A stretch of 39,656 nt of DNA from Octopus bimaculoides (GCF_001194135.2 NC_069001.1:37183872-37223527), one strand, 5' to 3'. Positions 1-11,521 are shown, numbered from the stretch's first letter. A program made the numbers and translations. The notes: generated from the sequence alone by a model not told the origin.

Positions 1-1815
1 GTATGGCTTTTCTCCTGTATGAATACGCTTGTGAGTAATTAACTTACTTCTAACAGCAAATGATTTACCACAGATGTTACAGGGATATGGCTTTACTCCT
101 GTATGAATATATTTGTGAGCAGTTAAGTGACTACTAATAGAGAATGATTTACCACAGGTATCACACTGAAATGGCTTCTCCCCAGTATGAAAACGTTTGT
201 GTACTGTTAATTTACTAATCGAAGACATTGATTTACCACAGATGTCACAGTGATATGGCTGTCCTCCTGTATGAATATATTTGTGTATATTCAAGTGACC
301 ACTTCGAGAGAATGATTTACCACAGATATCACAGTGATATGGCTTCTCTCCCGTATGAGAGCGTATATGAGTAGTTAAGATACTACTTTTAGAAAATGAT
401 TTTCCACAGATATCACAATCATATGACCTCTTACTTGTATGAATGCATTTATGTCGAATTAAGGGACCTCTCTGACTAAATGATTTACCACACGTATCGC
501 AGTGATATGGTTTCTCTCCTGTATGAATACGTTTGTGCCTAGTTAACTCACTATTTCTAGAAAAGGATTTACCACAAACATCACAAGGAAACGACTTCTC
601 TACTTTATGGATATGTCTGTGTCTAGAAAGCTCGCTACTTGTAGAGAATGACTTATCACAAATATCACAGTGATAAGTCTTCTCATCTGTATGAATGATT
701 TTGTGTTTATTCAAGTGTCTTTTTGCAGAGAATGATTTATCACAGATATCACAGTGATATGGCTTCTCACCTGTATGAATGCGACCATGGATAGTTAGGG
801 AATTCCTATTAGAGAATGATTTGCTACAGATATCACACTGATATGGTTTCTCACCTGTATGAATACGTACATGAATAGTTAAGTTACTACTTCGAGAAAA
901 TGATTTACCACAGATGTCACAATGATGAGATTTTTCACCTGTAGGAATGCATTTATGTCTAATTAAGTTACCTTTCTGAGTGAATGATTTATCACAGAGA
1001 TCACAGTGATATGGTTTCTCTCCTGTATGAATATGTTTATGTTCAGCTAACTCAGTACTTCCAGAGAATGATTTACCACAGATATCACATAGATGTTGTT
1101 TTTCTTTTGTATGAATATGTTTGTGTCTAGTTAAATCACTACTTCCAGAGAATGATTTACCACAGATATCACAATGATATGGCTTCTCACCTGTATGAAT
1201 GCGTTTGTGCATATTTAAGTCACTACTTGTAGAAGAGGATTTACCACAGATGTCACAATGAAATGGTTTTTCTCCAGTATGAATCCGTTTGTGTTTAGAT
1301 AAATCATCTTTCCGAGAGAATGATTTACCACAGTAATCACAGCAATAAGGTTTTATTCCTGTATGTATGCTTTTGTGAAAAGTCAAGTGAATTCTTTGAG
1401 AGAAGGATTTCCCACAGACTTCACAGTGATATGGCTTCTCTCCTGTGTGAATGATTTTATGTCTAGTTAAGTCACCTCTTGCAGAGAATGATTTGCCACA
1501 GACATCACAGTGATATGGCTTCTCACCAGTATGTATCCGTTTGTGTATAGTCAGTGCATTTTTGTTAGAGATTGCTTTGCCACAGATATCACAATGATGT
1601 GGCTTGTCTCCTGTATGGGTACTACTCTGATCAGTTATGGGACTTGTTTCAGACAGTGATATACCAATGATATCACTGTGTGTAGAATTTCCTCCTTTGT
1701 CTGTTAGCATATCATTAGGAAAATCAATGTCTTCAGACTCTGTTTTTATAGGAATTGGTGTCTCACATAATTCACTTTTAATCACAACTGGTCTCTCACG
1801 TAATTCACATTCCAT
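1..1815 (-). CDS. C2H2 zinc-finger array protein A (3'-partial, at least 19 finger units)
   Basis: Manual translation from ATG at 1815: [28 protein letters not shown]..., then 19 CxxC-x12-HxxxH units with TGEKP-type linkers. 605 codons with no stop down to position 1; unit 8 ends HKCIP (broken). Missing from the ORF track, probably because its stop lies outside the window. Confidence 0.95.
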   Translation of the reverse strand, partial: MECELRERPVVIKSELCETPIPIKTESEDIDFPNDMLTDKGGNSTHSDIIGISLSETSPITDQSSTHTGDKPHHCDICGKAISNKNALTIHKRIHTGEKPYHCDVCGKSFSARGDLTRHKIIHTGEKPYHCEVCGKSFSQRIHLTFHKSIHTGIKPYCCDYCGKSFSRKDDLSKHKRIHTGEKPFHCDICGKSSSTSSDLNMHKRIHTGEKPYHCDICGKSFSGSSDLTRHKHIHTKEKQHLCDICGKSFSGSTELAEHKHIHTGEKPYHCDLCDKSFTQKGNLIRHKCIPTGEKSHHCDICGKSFSRSSNLTIHVRIHTGEKPYQCDICSKSFSNRNSLTIHGRIHTGEKPYHCDICDKSFSAKRHLNKHKIIHTDEKTYHCDICDKSFSTSSELSRHRHIHKVEKSFPCDVCGKSFSRNSELTRHKRIHTGEKPYHCDTCGKSFSQRGPLIRHKCIHTSKRSYDCDICGKSFSKSSILTTHIRSHTGEKPYHCDICGKSFSRSGHLNIHKYIHTGGQPYHCDICGKSMSSISKLTVHKRFHTGEKPFQCDTCGKSFSISSHLTAHKYIHTGVKPYPCNICGKSFAVRSKLITHKRIHTGEKPY

Positions 1816-1977
1816 AATTATTCTTCTCACTTTTAACTCTTATTTTCTACTTCTATATTTCCATCAAATGTGATATTGTTGTATCTAATCAATCTTCTTT
1901 CACTCTTTAAAAGATGATAAATACTGACGATGAATCTTGAATAAAATATTCTTTCATGCCAATGTCATCTGATATTT

Positions 1978-3970
1978 CTGAAATAATAGAGAAACAATAA
2001 GACATATAGATGGTACTTAAAACAGAGATTCAACAGCAAAAAATAGTGCTGAATGGCAAATATAAATATTCAGCTCAACAGCTTCACTTTTTAATCTGCT
2101 ACCTTTAATCATAGTGACTACACAAAACCTACATGATCTGCACATATAACACAGACTACAGCTACATCTTTTCATTGTCTAACATTATCTACGTCAAACT
2201 ACAGAATAGTTGGAGATAACATTCAGCTCTCTGACCNNNNNNNNNNNNNNNNNNNNNNNNNNNNNNNNNNNNNNNNNNNNNNNNNNNNNNNNNNNNNNNN
2301 NNNNNNNNNNNNNNNNNNNNNNNNNNNNNNNNNNNNNNNNNNNNNNNNNNNNNNNNNNNNNNNNNNNNNNNNNNNNNNNNNNNNNNNNNNNNNNNNNNNN
2401 NNNNNNNNNNNNNNNNNNNNNNNNNNNNNNNNNNNNNNNNNNNNNNNNNNNNNNNNNNNNNNNNNNNNNNNNNNNNNNNNNNNNNNNNNNNNNNNNNNNN
2501 NNNNNNNNNNNNNNNNNNNNNNNNNNNNNNNNNNNNNNNNNNNNNNNNNNNNNNNNNNNNNNNNNNNNNNNNNNNNNNNNNNNNNNNNNNNNNNNNNNNN
2601 NNNNNNNNNNNNNNNNNNNNNNNNNNNNNNNNNNNNNNNNNNNNNNNNNNNNNNNNNNNNNNNNNNNNNNNNNNNNNNNNNNNNNNNNNNNNNNNNNNNN
2701 NNNNNNNNNNNNNNNNNNNNNNNNNNNNNNNNNNNNNNNNNNNNNNNNNNNNNNNNNNNNNNNNNNNNNNNNNNNNNNNNNNNNNNNNNNNNNNNNNNNN
2801 NNNNNNNNNNNNNNNNNNNNNNNNNNNNNNNNNNNNNNNNNNNNNNNNNNNNNNNNNNNNNNNNNNNNNNNNNNNNNNNNNNNNNNNNNNNNNNNNNNNN
2901 NNNNNNNNNNNNNNNNNNNNNNNNNNNNNNNNNNNNNNNNNNNNNNNNNNNTATAGATGTGAGAACTATGATCCATTACACCTTGATTTTTTGTTGCCGG
3001 GGTGATGCTCTCCCGTTCCACAAGTTCCTATTTAGTCTCGCTTTAGAGTCTGACATTTGTCTTGTAATCAATGACATCGCTGGACAGTTTGCTCACAATG
3101 TATGTGAACGTACCCACTGTATTCAGTCGTTGCCCATTGATAGTAATGGAAGGTTTAGTGTAGAGCTTTCGAGTTAACTGATGCGATTGGCAAGCTGCTC
3201 TTGTCACGAGCATACAGACTTGAGAAGCCAAAAAGACTGCTGCAGCTGAGCAACATATGCATGCCAAGAAAATGAGTCCCATCAGATCCCCAACTACCTC
3301 CATAATTCTCTGTCCACACTGCCAGACAACTTTCTGGATGCGTCTTGTCCTGATCAGTTACCAAAGCGCCCACAAAACCCAACTCCAATCCCACTATGGG
3401 TAGATGGTACTCGTCGATCAGAGGGGCGACTAAAATGAAAATTTAATCCCAGGTCATTTCTGAGTGAGCACACAATATCAAAGGCACTTGATTTAAGTAG
3501 ACTTAAATACATCGTAACTTCGTCACAAAACGTAATTAGATTGAGAGCCAATAAATATATAGTCATGAAATTTATAATCGTCGTGTTTTTCATTAACACA
3601 TTAAAATAAATAACATCCTTCGCTAATCCAAAATATACATCTGAATAGGTGATTGTCATATTTCAGGAAGCCTGTAGCCGACTGTCCACTTACTAATATT
3701 CTAACTAGTCTGTAGATGCACAAAGGTTGAAAACCGGCATTGGAGTAAATAATACAAAATATTCAATATATTATTTTTAAAACTTAAATAGGAATAATTT
3801 ACAGTAACAACAATACCAAACAAATATTAATTGTATTAAAAATATCACCCAATTATAAACAAAGTGGACCCTGCATAGGAACAACACAACAAAAATATGC
3901 AAGTGATATGTTAAATACAAAGATCACCAACAATTATATTGATAGAAGAAAAGATGAAGAAAAAAATACC
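1978..3970 (-). other. predicted 5'-UTR intron of ZNF gene A
   Basis: Minus-strand donor GAG|GTATTT at 3970 and acceptor ttattgtttctctattatttCAG| at 1978, both at equivalent positions in all four paralogs. Confidence 0.65.
2951..3430. mobile_element. RTE-clade LINE 3' remnant with inverted 5' part, inside intron of gene A
   Basis: Minus 3178-2951 reads PSITINGQRLNTVGTFTY..SKLS...KIKV..IVLTS (late RT region). Plus 3182-3430 reads KTAAAEQH...CPHCQTTF..L..LIS (RTE C-terminal end). Confidence 0.7.
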
Positions 3971-4179
3971 TCATAAAAATGACATGTATTAAGAAGTCAG
4001 TTTTGTTATGTGGGTTGATCGTTGGAAAAGTTTTTACTGCTACATGTATACACACACACACATATATATGTATGTATATATAGTAGGTAAATATAACTAA
4101 TTTTTTTTCAAGCTAAATAAATGTTTGTTTAGTAAGATTTAAAAACCTTAGTTTGTTTGTCAATGGCAGTATAAAGCTG

Positions 4180-4200
4180 ATATCCGGTTGAGCATGCGCA
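4180..4200 (-). promoter_or_regulatory. conserved ETS-like + NRF1-like promoter motif, gene A
   Basis: atatccggttgagcatgcgca; equivalent motif upstream of all four genes. GCATGCGCA resembles the NRF1 consensus TGCGCATGCGCA; ACCGGATAT (minus) resembles an ETS site. Confidence 0.6.
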
Positions 4201-4693
4201 GGAAATTATGTCATCTGAAAAATGCATGCATGCATACGTAAGTTGTGGTGGGGGCGTGAGGACAGGACTTCTGAGAGAGGAGGGGCACAGTATCTTGAAA
4301 TAAGGAACATGGTCCGAATCCTTGCAACAGAATGATCTCCAAAGAAGGAACCGAAAAAGCCTTAAACTTAATGTCCAGTTAAGTTACTCACCCAAACACA
4401 TGATGTTGCAATGTGAATACAGAACTCGAAAGAATCCGACGTTCTAAAATACGATGTTATCCCAACCCCCACCTTTTTTTTTTCCTCCCAAAATCCCCTT
4501 GGATTTCTGATTTCAAAAACGAAAGTCATTTTGCATCCCCACAAAAGACAATCTTTTACCGGTGGAACTGCCTCTTCGAAATTCTTTATCTGTTTTCCTT
4601 GAAAACTTCGGAAAGTTTCGGTTTCGCACATCAGATACGCTCTTGTGTTTTATCTTATAGTTTTTCATGTCGCTTACAAAAATTATAACTGTT

Positions 4694-5322
4694 GGTACTA
4701 TTCAAGAAGAGTGGTCTCGGTGCGCGCACTCGCGAACTCGCGCATCCTAAGACTGCCTAGCGCGTCATGCGCAAAACATGAATGAGGGTTTTTTTTCTAA
4801 ACAAAGTAGATAATTTTTTTTAAACAAAGTAAATAAATTATACACTACCTGTTTTTTGGTAAAGAGTCCATTAAAAAGTCGGTCTTTCAAAATCTACTGT
4901 TGTACAATGGTATCAGTACAAGTAATTATCTTTTGCGTAACCCCTACCAAATTGATGGACTTGGGCACATCGTAGAAATAGATGAATCTATGATGTGCAA
5001 GCGCAAATACAACGGAGGATGGGATAGAGAGGATAAAAATAGGTTTTTAGTCTTTGTACCTGACCGTTCTTCTGAAACTCTTCTTCCACTTATTAAAAAA
5101 TTTATGAAACCAGGGATGACTATATATTCTGATTGTTGGAGTGCGTACAATGGGATTACTGAAATAGATGCGACACCAAAATACACTCTGGAAGAACGTA
5201 AAACGACGTTTTAAGAGTAAGATGGGGAAGATTCAACAAAAAAAAAATTGATGGAGTAGTCACGACTCGCTAGCGCGGATGCGCGAGTGCGCGCACCGGG
5301 ACCACTCTTCTTGAATAGTACC
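4694..5322 (+). mobile_element. Merlin (IS1016/IS1595-like) DNA transposon, internally deleted
   Basis: 41-bp TIRs GGTACTATTCAAGAAGAGTGGTC(T/C)CGGTGCGCGCACTCGCG with 1 mismatch. 9-bp TSD ataactgtt/ataactttt (4685-4693, 5323-5331). Internal ORF 4900-5214 has VEIDES..KRKYN and VPDRSSETLLPLIKK..PGMTIYSDCWSAY, typical of Merlin DDE transposases. Confidence 0.9.
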
Positions 5323-5398
5323 ATAACTTTTTTATTAACAAATTGAATTAAAGATATGGCAAGCCTTGAAAGACTGGAATCAATTTTAAGCTATTGTA

Positions 5399-5579
5399 TG
5401 ATAATGGTTTCAAATTTTGGCACTCGACCAGCAATTTTAGGGGAGTAAATTGATTACACCAAGTGCTCAACTGGTACTTGTTTTGTCGTCCCAATTGGCA
5501 AAGTTAACTAAGACTGCATTAGGATACAGAGCGTAAAGCAGGAAGAAATGCCACTAAGTTTTTTTTTGTCCGGCGTGCT
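5399..5579 (-). mobile_element. SINE fragment (same family as 15393 and 24337)
   Basis: Reverse complement contains aagtaccagttgagcact...aaaattgctgg..gtgccaaaatttgaaacc, shared with the other two copies. Confidence 0.6.
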
Positions 5580-6043
5580 NNNNNNNNNNNNNNNNNNNNN
5601 NNNNNNNNNNNNNNNNNNNNNNNNNNNNNNNNNNNNNNNNNNNNNNNNNNNNNNNNNNNNNNNNNNNNNNNNNNNNNNNNNNNNNNNNNNNNNNNNNNNN
5701 NNNNNNNNNNNNNNNNNNNNNNNNNNNNNNNNNNNNNNNNNNNNNNNNNNNNNNNNNNNNNNNNNNNNNNNNNNNNNNNNNNNNNNNNNNNNNNNNNNNN
5801 NNNNNNNNNNNNNNNNNNNNNNNNNNNNNNNNNNNNNNNNNNNNNNNNNNNNNNNNNNNNNNNNNNNNNNNNNNNNNNNNNNNNNNNNNNNNNNNNNNNN
5901 NNNNNNNNNNNNNNNNNNNNNNNNNNNNNNNNNNNNNNNNNNNNNNNNNNNNNNNNNNNNNNNNNNNNNNNNNNNNNNNNNNNNNNNNNNNNNNNNNNNN
6001 NNNNNNNNNNNNNNNNNNNNNNNNNNNNNNNNNNNNNNNNNNT

Positions 6044-6236
6044 AAAATTTTGGGTAATTTTTCAGATTAAAACCCGCACGATCTTCAACGGGGTGTTAGG
6101 GTTAGGGTCAGGGTTAGGGTTTTAGGGTTAGGTTTAGTGTTTAGGGTTACAGTTACAGTTAGGGACGGAATTCTAACTAAAGCCCTAACCCTAGTGAAGA
6201 TCGTGCGGGTGTTAATCTGAAAAATTACCAAATTTT
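6044..6236. mobile_element. fold-back/MITE-like element with internal TTAGGG-like repeats
   Basis: ~43-bp inverted arms (aaaattttgggtaatttttcagattaaaacccgcacgatcttca / tgaagatcgtgcgggtgttaatctgaaaaattaccaaatttt) around degenerate (TTAGGG)n at 6090-6164. Left end abuts a gap. Confidence 0.75.
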
Positions 6237-6494
6237 GTGACAGGGCACGCATACATACAGATGCATATAACAGAGAGACAGACAGAGAAAGAAAGAGAGA
6301 GAGAAGGAGAACGTGTTTAGTGCAAGGAAAATCTTATAGTTGAAAGGAGAAGACAAAAGTGCGAGAGCAGGGGAAAGTGGTGTTGCTGAAAGAGTAGGCA
6401 AAGGAAAAGAAAGAAAACGTGTTTATTGCAGTGGTGGTGAGGTTAAAAAAAAAGAAGAGAGAGAGGGTGCATATATGTTTTACTTCAGGGAGCG

Positions 6495-7365
6495 CTGATT
6501 AATGGTAGTGGCGGCGGCTGTAGGTATATTGGTTGAAGAGGGTGGTGATGGTGTCAGTTGGGATTTGGATTAAAGAAGGTGGGAGTGGTGGTGGTTGCAC
6601 AACGTTATTCGTAGTTTTTATTTGTTTTGTTATTTTACTTAGGCCATCACTTGACGCATGCGCATTGGTGAATTAATTGTCGTCTGCTCAGTGAAAGCTT
6701 TTCGTTGTGAAGAAAGCCTGAATAGACGATGTTAGCAAACAAGAGGATTCCGGGTAAGTTCTTGTCATAATTTTTATTGGCTTAGTGCATAATTATTGCA
6801 GCTTTTTTTCTTTCAATAAATTTTATTTAATAAAACAATATTTAACAAAAACATCTTTAATTATGCACCAACCCGATGTTTTCTAATGACCGTATTAAGA
6901 TTTGTTAAAAACTTTACCAACGTATTTCAGCAATTATTATAAAATAACTCCATTGTCCCACCTTTTCACGGTTAAAATTAAACCATCTCATTTTCTCCTC
7001 TGTCTACCATAGTAATAGTTTGTTCTGAGTAAAACAGTTTATTTCGGTTTCTTTCTGTGTTGTGTGAGTGATGTAAAACATAAGATTAAATTTGTTGCAA
7101 ATTATTATACAGGCTACTTAGATCAAGTAAGTGCAAAGGCATTCTTGCTTTTTTTTCTTCTTGATTTTTATATTGTATCGAAAAATGGTTTTATAGAGTG
7201 AGAAAAGTATGAAAAATCGTAGAAAATAATGAAAAAAAGAATAAACTAAAACAATGAATAAATTTTAATTGTGAAAAAGTACGATGAAGAAAGATTGGAA
7301 GGTTTAGAACATTCTCTTTAAATAACACGAATTGCAATTGTTGCAAAATCTAGAATACAATAAAA
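6495..7365 (+). repeat. segmental duplicate, copy 1 (partner 8074-9090)
   Basis: Collinear with 8074-9090 apart from scattered substitutions and indels. Confidence 0.9.
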
Positions 7366-7409
7366 GATACATCGACAGAAAGAAAAGTAGACAAGATGTT
7401 GGATGGGTG

Positions 7410-7552
7410 GGTGGGGCCTACCACCTTGAGAAGGAAAAATTGTTTTACAGTTAGGCCTTTTACCGTCCCCTCGGTCTAGGTTCGAGCTGGGAAGGGAGGC
7501 CTGTGACTCCTAGGTCATGCTTTATGATCTCGTTAAGGGCAGCATGGCGTAG
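7410..7552 (-). mobile_element. restriction-like-endonuclease (RLE) non-LTR retrotransposon fragment, CRE-like
   Basis: Minus translation with one frameshift: RHAALNEIIKHDLGVTGLPSQLEP / LDRGDGKRPN..TIFP, resembling the RH..EP..DGKRPDG region of RLE endonucleases. Runs into a gap. Confidence 0.55.
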
Positions 7553-8073
7553 ANNNNNNNNNNNNNNNNNNNNNNNNNNNNNNNNNNNNNNNNNNNNNNN
7601 NNNNNNNNNNNNNNNNNNNNNNNNNNNNNNNNNNNNNNNNNNNNNNNNNNNNNNNNNNNNNNNNNNNNNNNNNNNNNNNNNNNNNNNNNNNNNNNNNNNN
7701 NNNNNNNNNNNNNNNNNNNNNNNNNNNNNNNNNNNNNNNNNNNNNNNNNNNNNNNNNNNNNNNNNNNNNNNNNNNNNNNNNNNNNNNNNNNNNNNNNNNN
7801 NNNNNNNNNNNNNNNNNNNNNNNNNNNNNNNNNNNNNNNNNNNNNNNNNNNNNNNNNNNNNNNNNNNNNNNNNNNNNNNNNNNNNNNNNNNNNNNNNNNN
7901 NNNNNNNNNNNNNNNNNNNNNNNNNNNNNNNNNNNNNNNNNNNNNNNNNNNNNNNNNNNNNNNNNNNNNNNNNNNNNNNNNNNNNNNNNNNNNNNNNNNN
8001 NNNNNNNNNNNNNNNNNNNNNNNNNNNNNNNNNNNNNNNNNNNNNNNNNNNNNNNNNNNNNNTGCTATTAATA

Positions 8074-9090
8074 CTGATTAATGGCGGCGGTGGCTGTAGG
8101 TATATTGGCTGAAGAGGGTGGTGATGGTGTCAGTTGGGATTTGGATTAAAGAAGGTGGGAGTGGTGGTGGTTGCACAACGTTATTCGTAGTTTTTTTATT
8201 TTTTGTTATTTTACTTTGGCCATCAGTTGACGCATGCGCCTTGGTGAATGAATTGTCGTCTGCTCAGTGAAAGCTTAGAGTTGAGAAGAAAGCCTGAATA
8301 GACGATGTTAGCAAACAAGAGAAGGATTCAAGGTAAGTTTTTATTGGGTTGGTGCATAATTATTGCAACTTTTTTTCAATAAATTTTATTCAACGAAAAC
8401 AATAACTATGTTTAACAAAAACATCGTTAATTATGCACCAACCCAATGTTTTCTAATGACCGTATTAAGATTTGTTAAAACTTCACCAACGTATTTCAGC
8501 AATTATTATAAAATAACTCCATTGTCCCACCTTTTCACGGTTAAAATTAAACACTCTCCACAAATGGATCGGTGAAAAAGAATATTAGAATTTTGAAAGA
8601 TATAGTGATAAAACATTAATTTCAGTCCTTTCAAATGTTGAAAAGAATATATTTTTTTTAATAGAAGTATAATGGGACGAAAAAAGATCTCATTTTCTCC
8701 TCTGTCTACCATAGTAACAGTTTGTTCTGAGTAAAACAGTTTATTTCGGTGTCTTTTTGTGTTGTGTGAGTGATGTAAAACATAAGATTAAATTTGTTGG
8801 AACATAAGATTAAATTTGTTGGAAATTATTATCCAGGTTACTTAAATCAGGTAAGTGCTAATGCATTCTTGTTTTTTTTTTCTTCTTGATTTTAATATTG
8901 TATCGAAAAATGGTTTTATAGAGTGGCAAAAGTATGAAAAATCGTAGAAAATAATGAAAAAAAGAATAAACTAAAACAATGAATAAATTTTAATTGTGAA
9001 AAAGTACGATGAAGAAAGATTGGAAGGTTTAGAACATTCTCTTTAAATAACACGAATTGCAATTGTTGCAAGATCTAGAATACAATAAAA
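8074..9090 (+). repeat. segmental duplicate, copy 2 (partner 6495-7365)
   Basis: Same sequence plus a ~135-bp insertion (about 8552-8690) and a short internal tandem duplication (acataagattaaatttgttgga x2). Confidence 0.9.
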
Positions 9091-9135
9091 TAACTACAAA
9101 TAAAGAAGAAAAAAAATTATACAAATCTGCCTCCA

Positions 9136-9452
9136 ACTTTGTTTCCTCATAACTTTCAGAAAACTTAACTTTTTTGCTGAAATTTTCTGCAAATGCCTCT
9201 CAGGTATAGATTACGATTATAACGGAATTCACTGTGATAAAAAGAAATTGTTGGGTGTACACACATACATAGACACATTACATAATTTTTATCAACATTT
9301 CATGTTTCATTCTTTGTGTACGCGCCTCCCAATTAATTTTTTATTAACATTAAATTCCGACATGATCGTAATCAACACCACCTGTAAGGTATTTCTAGTA
9401 AGTTTCATTTCAAGCATATCAATTTTTCCTTGAAGTTATGAGGAAACAAAGT
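9136..9452. mobile_element. palindromic MITE-like element
   Basis: Termini actttgtttcctcataactt / aagttatgaggaaacaaagt are reverse complements; internal pairs gattacgattat/atgatcgtaatc and cggaatt/aattccg extend the hairpin. Confidence 0.75.
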
Positions 9453-9710
9453 CTAGTGAGACAAGGTACATTTGTGTGTGGTATACCGAGAAAATATCAT
9501 TTTAATGGTTGATTGCCGTTCCAGCGGCACAAGAATGGTGAAGGTGAGGAGACAATCGTTTTAAAACAAGGATTTAAATTTTTTTCAAGGGCTTCACCCT
9601 GTTGTTTTGAAATGTGCGGTGAAGAAAAATTGACAGCTACTCCGTAAAGTTTATATTTTAAAATATAGACCTTTTGATTCTGAAACACCCTACCTCCCTC
9701 GCCTTTTCGC

Positions 9711-9730
9711 TTACGTCACTTGCGCATGCG
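9711..9730. promoter_or_regulatory. CRE-like + NRF1-like motif pair
   Basis: ttacgtca (TGACGTAA on minus) 2 bp from tgcgcatgcg, in a locally CpG-rich patch within AT-rich DNA. Confidence 0.4.
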
Positions 9731-10973
9731 TAGATACATGCTAAGCAATTAGCAGACGATCCTTTATTAAAATCTTTTATTCTTTAAGAATTATCTCGAA
9801 ATTTAAGTCTCATTTCCAATATCACAACCTTTTAAAAATTTTTGATTATTATTATTATTTTTTTAATTACAGATATAAAGGTAATCTTTGCTTTTATCAG
9901 CACATATTGTAAAGCTGAGTTTGTGAGTGTGTGTGTTGCATCTATAGAAATCCACACCCTACAAGATAGCAATCTGGGAGTCCAATGGATTCCTCATGGT
10001 CGAAAATGCCCGGAATCGGCCATTTATTATTATTATTTTTTGCTCCCTAAGACGTGAATTTTTGTATTAAAAATTATTTAAAATCATAACTTCTAACAAT
10101 TAACAAGTTGGAGAAATACACCAGCACTTGCAAACATGAGTTAAGTCTCCTTCTATCAACGAGAGAGAGAGAGAGATAGAGAACCGATTTTTAAAATTTC
10201 GTCTAGATAATTTTATGTTCACAAGACATACTAATGAAATGGTAATAGTCCAACCAAGTGTAATTTTTTTTTACAAAATACAAAATATTTCAGTTATAAT
10301 CATTAAAAAAATGAAGACATCAAAAATACTTTGATTCGTCCAAAAATTATCTGATAGAAATTCTGTGTTGAAGGCCCATTACTTTTATTGTTTATTAACT
10401 TAATTTTAATTTTTTTTTAGTACTGTATGACAAATATTTTTACAAAAGAAAAAAACAATGATTTAATTAAGTAGCTGTACTTTATTATCTGAAAGAGGAA
10501 TCATTCTGTTGTTGAGATACATTGCATAGCATTTAACCCAGTATATACATTAGATACAAGAATAACGTAGAGAAGGGAGATTATAAGACATATGTTTATC
10601 ATGGTATGGAGGAACTTCAAAATTACTTTGAATTATGTACATCTGATTTCTTGTGGGAGCTCAAAACATCTCATGGAGTGAGCACAAGAGCAAAGAGGGG
10701 ATTTATGAACTGATTCTAGCCACCTCTGCTGTTGTTCAACAGAGTAGTTTTTGCTATCAAGCTGCATAATAAACCATATCAGATGTTATATTTTGCAAAT
10801 TTTTGCATCCTACAAGAAGACAATGAACTATAGATACATCATCATGTGCAGTGGCACATGGCATGAAACTGAGAAATCACCAAAGGTAAGAAGGGACAGA
10901 TATATTTGGTGTGGTATGATGGTACCTGATGTGTAATGAAATATTCAATTATTTCTCACTTATCAATTCGTGC

Positions 10974-11135
10974 AGGCAGAGCTGTATGGCAACCACATAC
11001 ATTCAGGTTCAGTCCCACTGCATGGCACCTCAGGCAATTATCTACAATCTCCCCAGGCCAACCAAAGCCTTATGAGTAAATATGGTAGAGGAAAATTCTG
11101 TGGAAGTCTATCGTATACTTGTGTGTATGTGTGTG
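10974..11135 (+). mobile_element. tRNA-derived SINE (same family as 33855-34218)
   Basis: ggttcagtcccactgcatggcacc (B-box-like GGTTCAGTCC), body similar to the 33855-34218 copy, (GT)-rich end. Confidence 0.65.
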
Positions 11136-11515
11136 AGACTATGTACTACAGTCGCCATGCCTTGACATCATGTGATAATTTTAAATGAGTGACACTGTTG
11201 TGCAAGCAGTGTCCTTTGTTTCCAAAATGCAAAAACATTTCTGGCCATGGGAAAATATTACCCTACTTGAAAATAGGAGAATGTTGGTGACGGGAAGGGT
11301 ATCCAGCTATAGAAAATCTGCCTCAACAAATTTTATCCAAATTATGTGCGCATGTAAAAGTGAATGTTATAACAACAATGATAACTGTACAGTGAAGTAA
11401 TCCTTGATATCTGATGAATACATTAATCAGTCATTTAACCATAATGTCACATAACCAACAGTATCTTTTCTCCTTTCTGGAAATACATTACATTGAATAT
11501 ATACAAATAAATACT

Positions 11516-11521
11516 TTTATT
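11516..11521 (-). terminator. candidate polyadenylation signal, gene B
   Basis: AATAAA on minus ~165 nt past the stop. Context cttttattaacaatatcacact is matched by cttttattgacaatttatctcact below gene C. Confidence 0.45.

Noticed and set aside
2194-8081. Long ORFs made mostly of X (also 34373-35014 etc.)
   Set aside because: They are open only because they cross N-gaps.
10500-10900. Possible plus-strand exon or decayed finger (aaaccatatcagatgttatatt; donor at ~10886)
   Set aside because: No sustained ORF or recognisable domain; similarity too weak to call.
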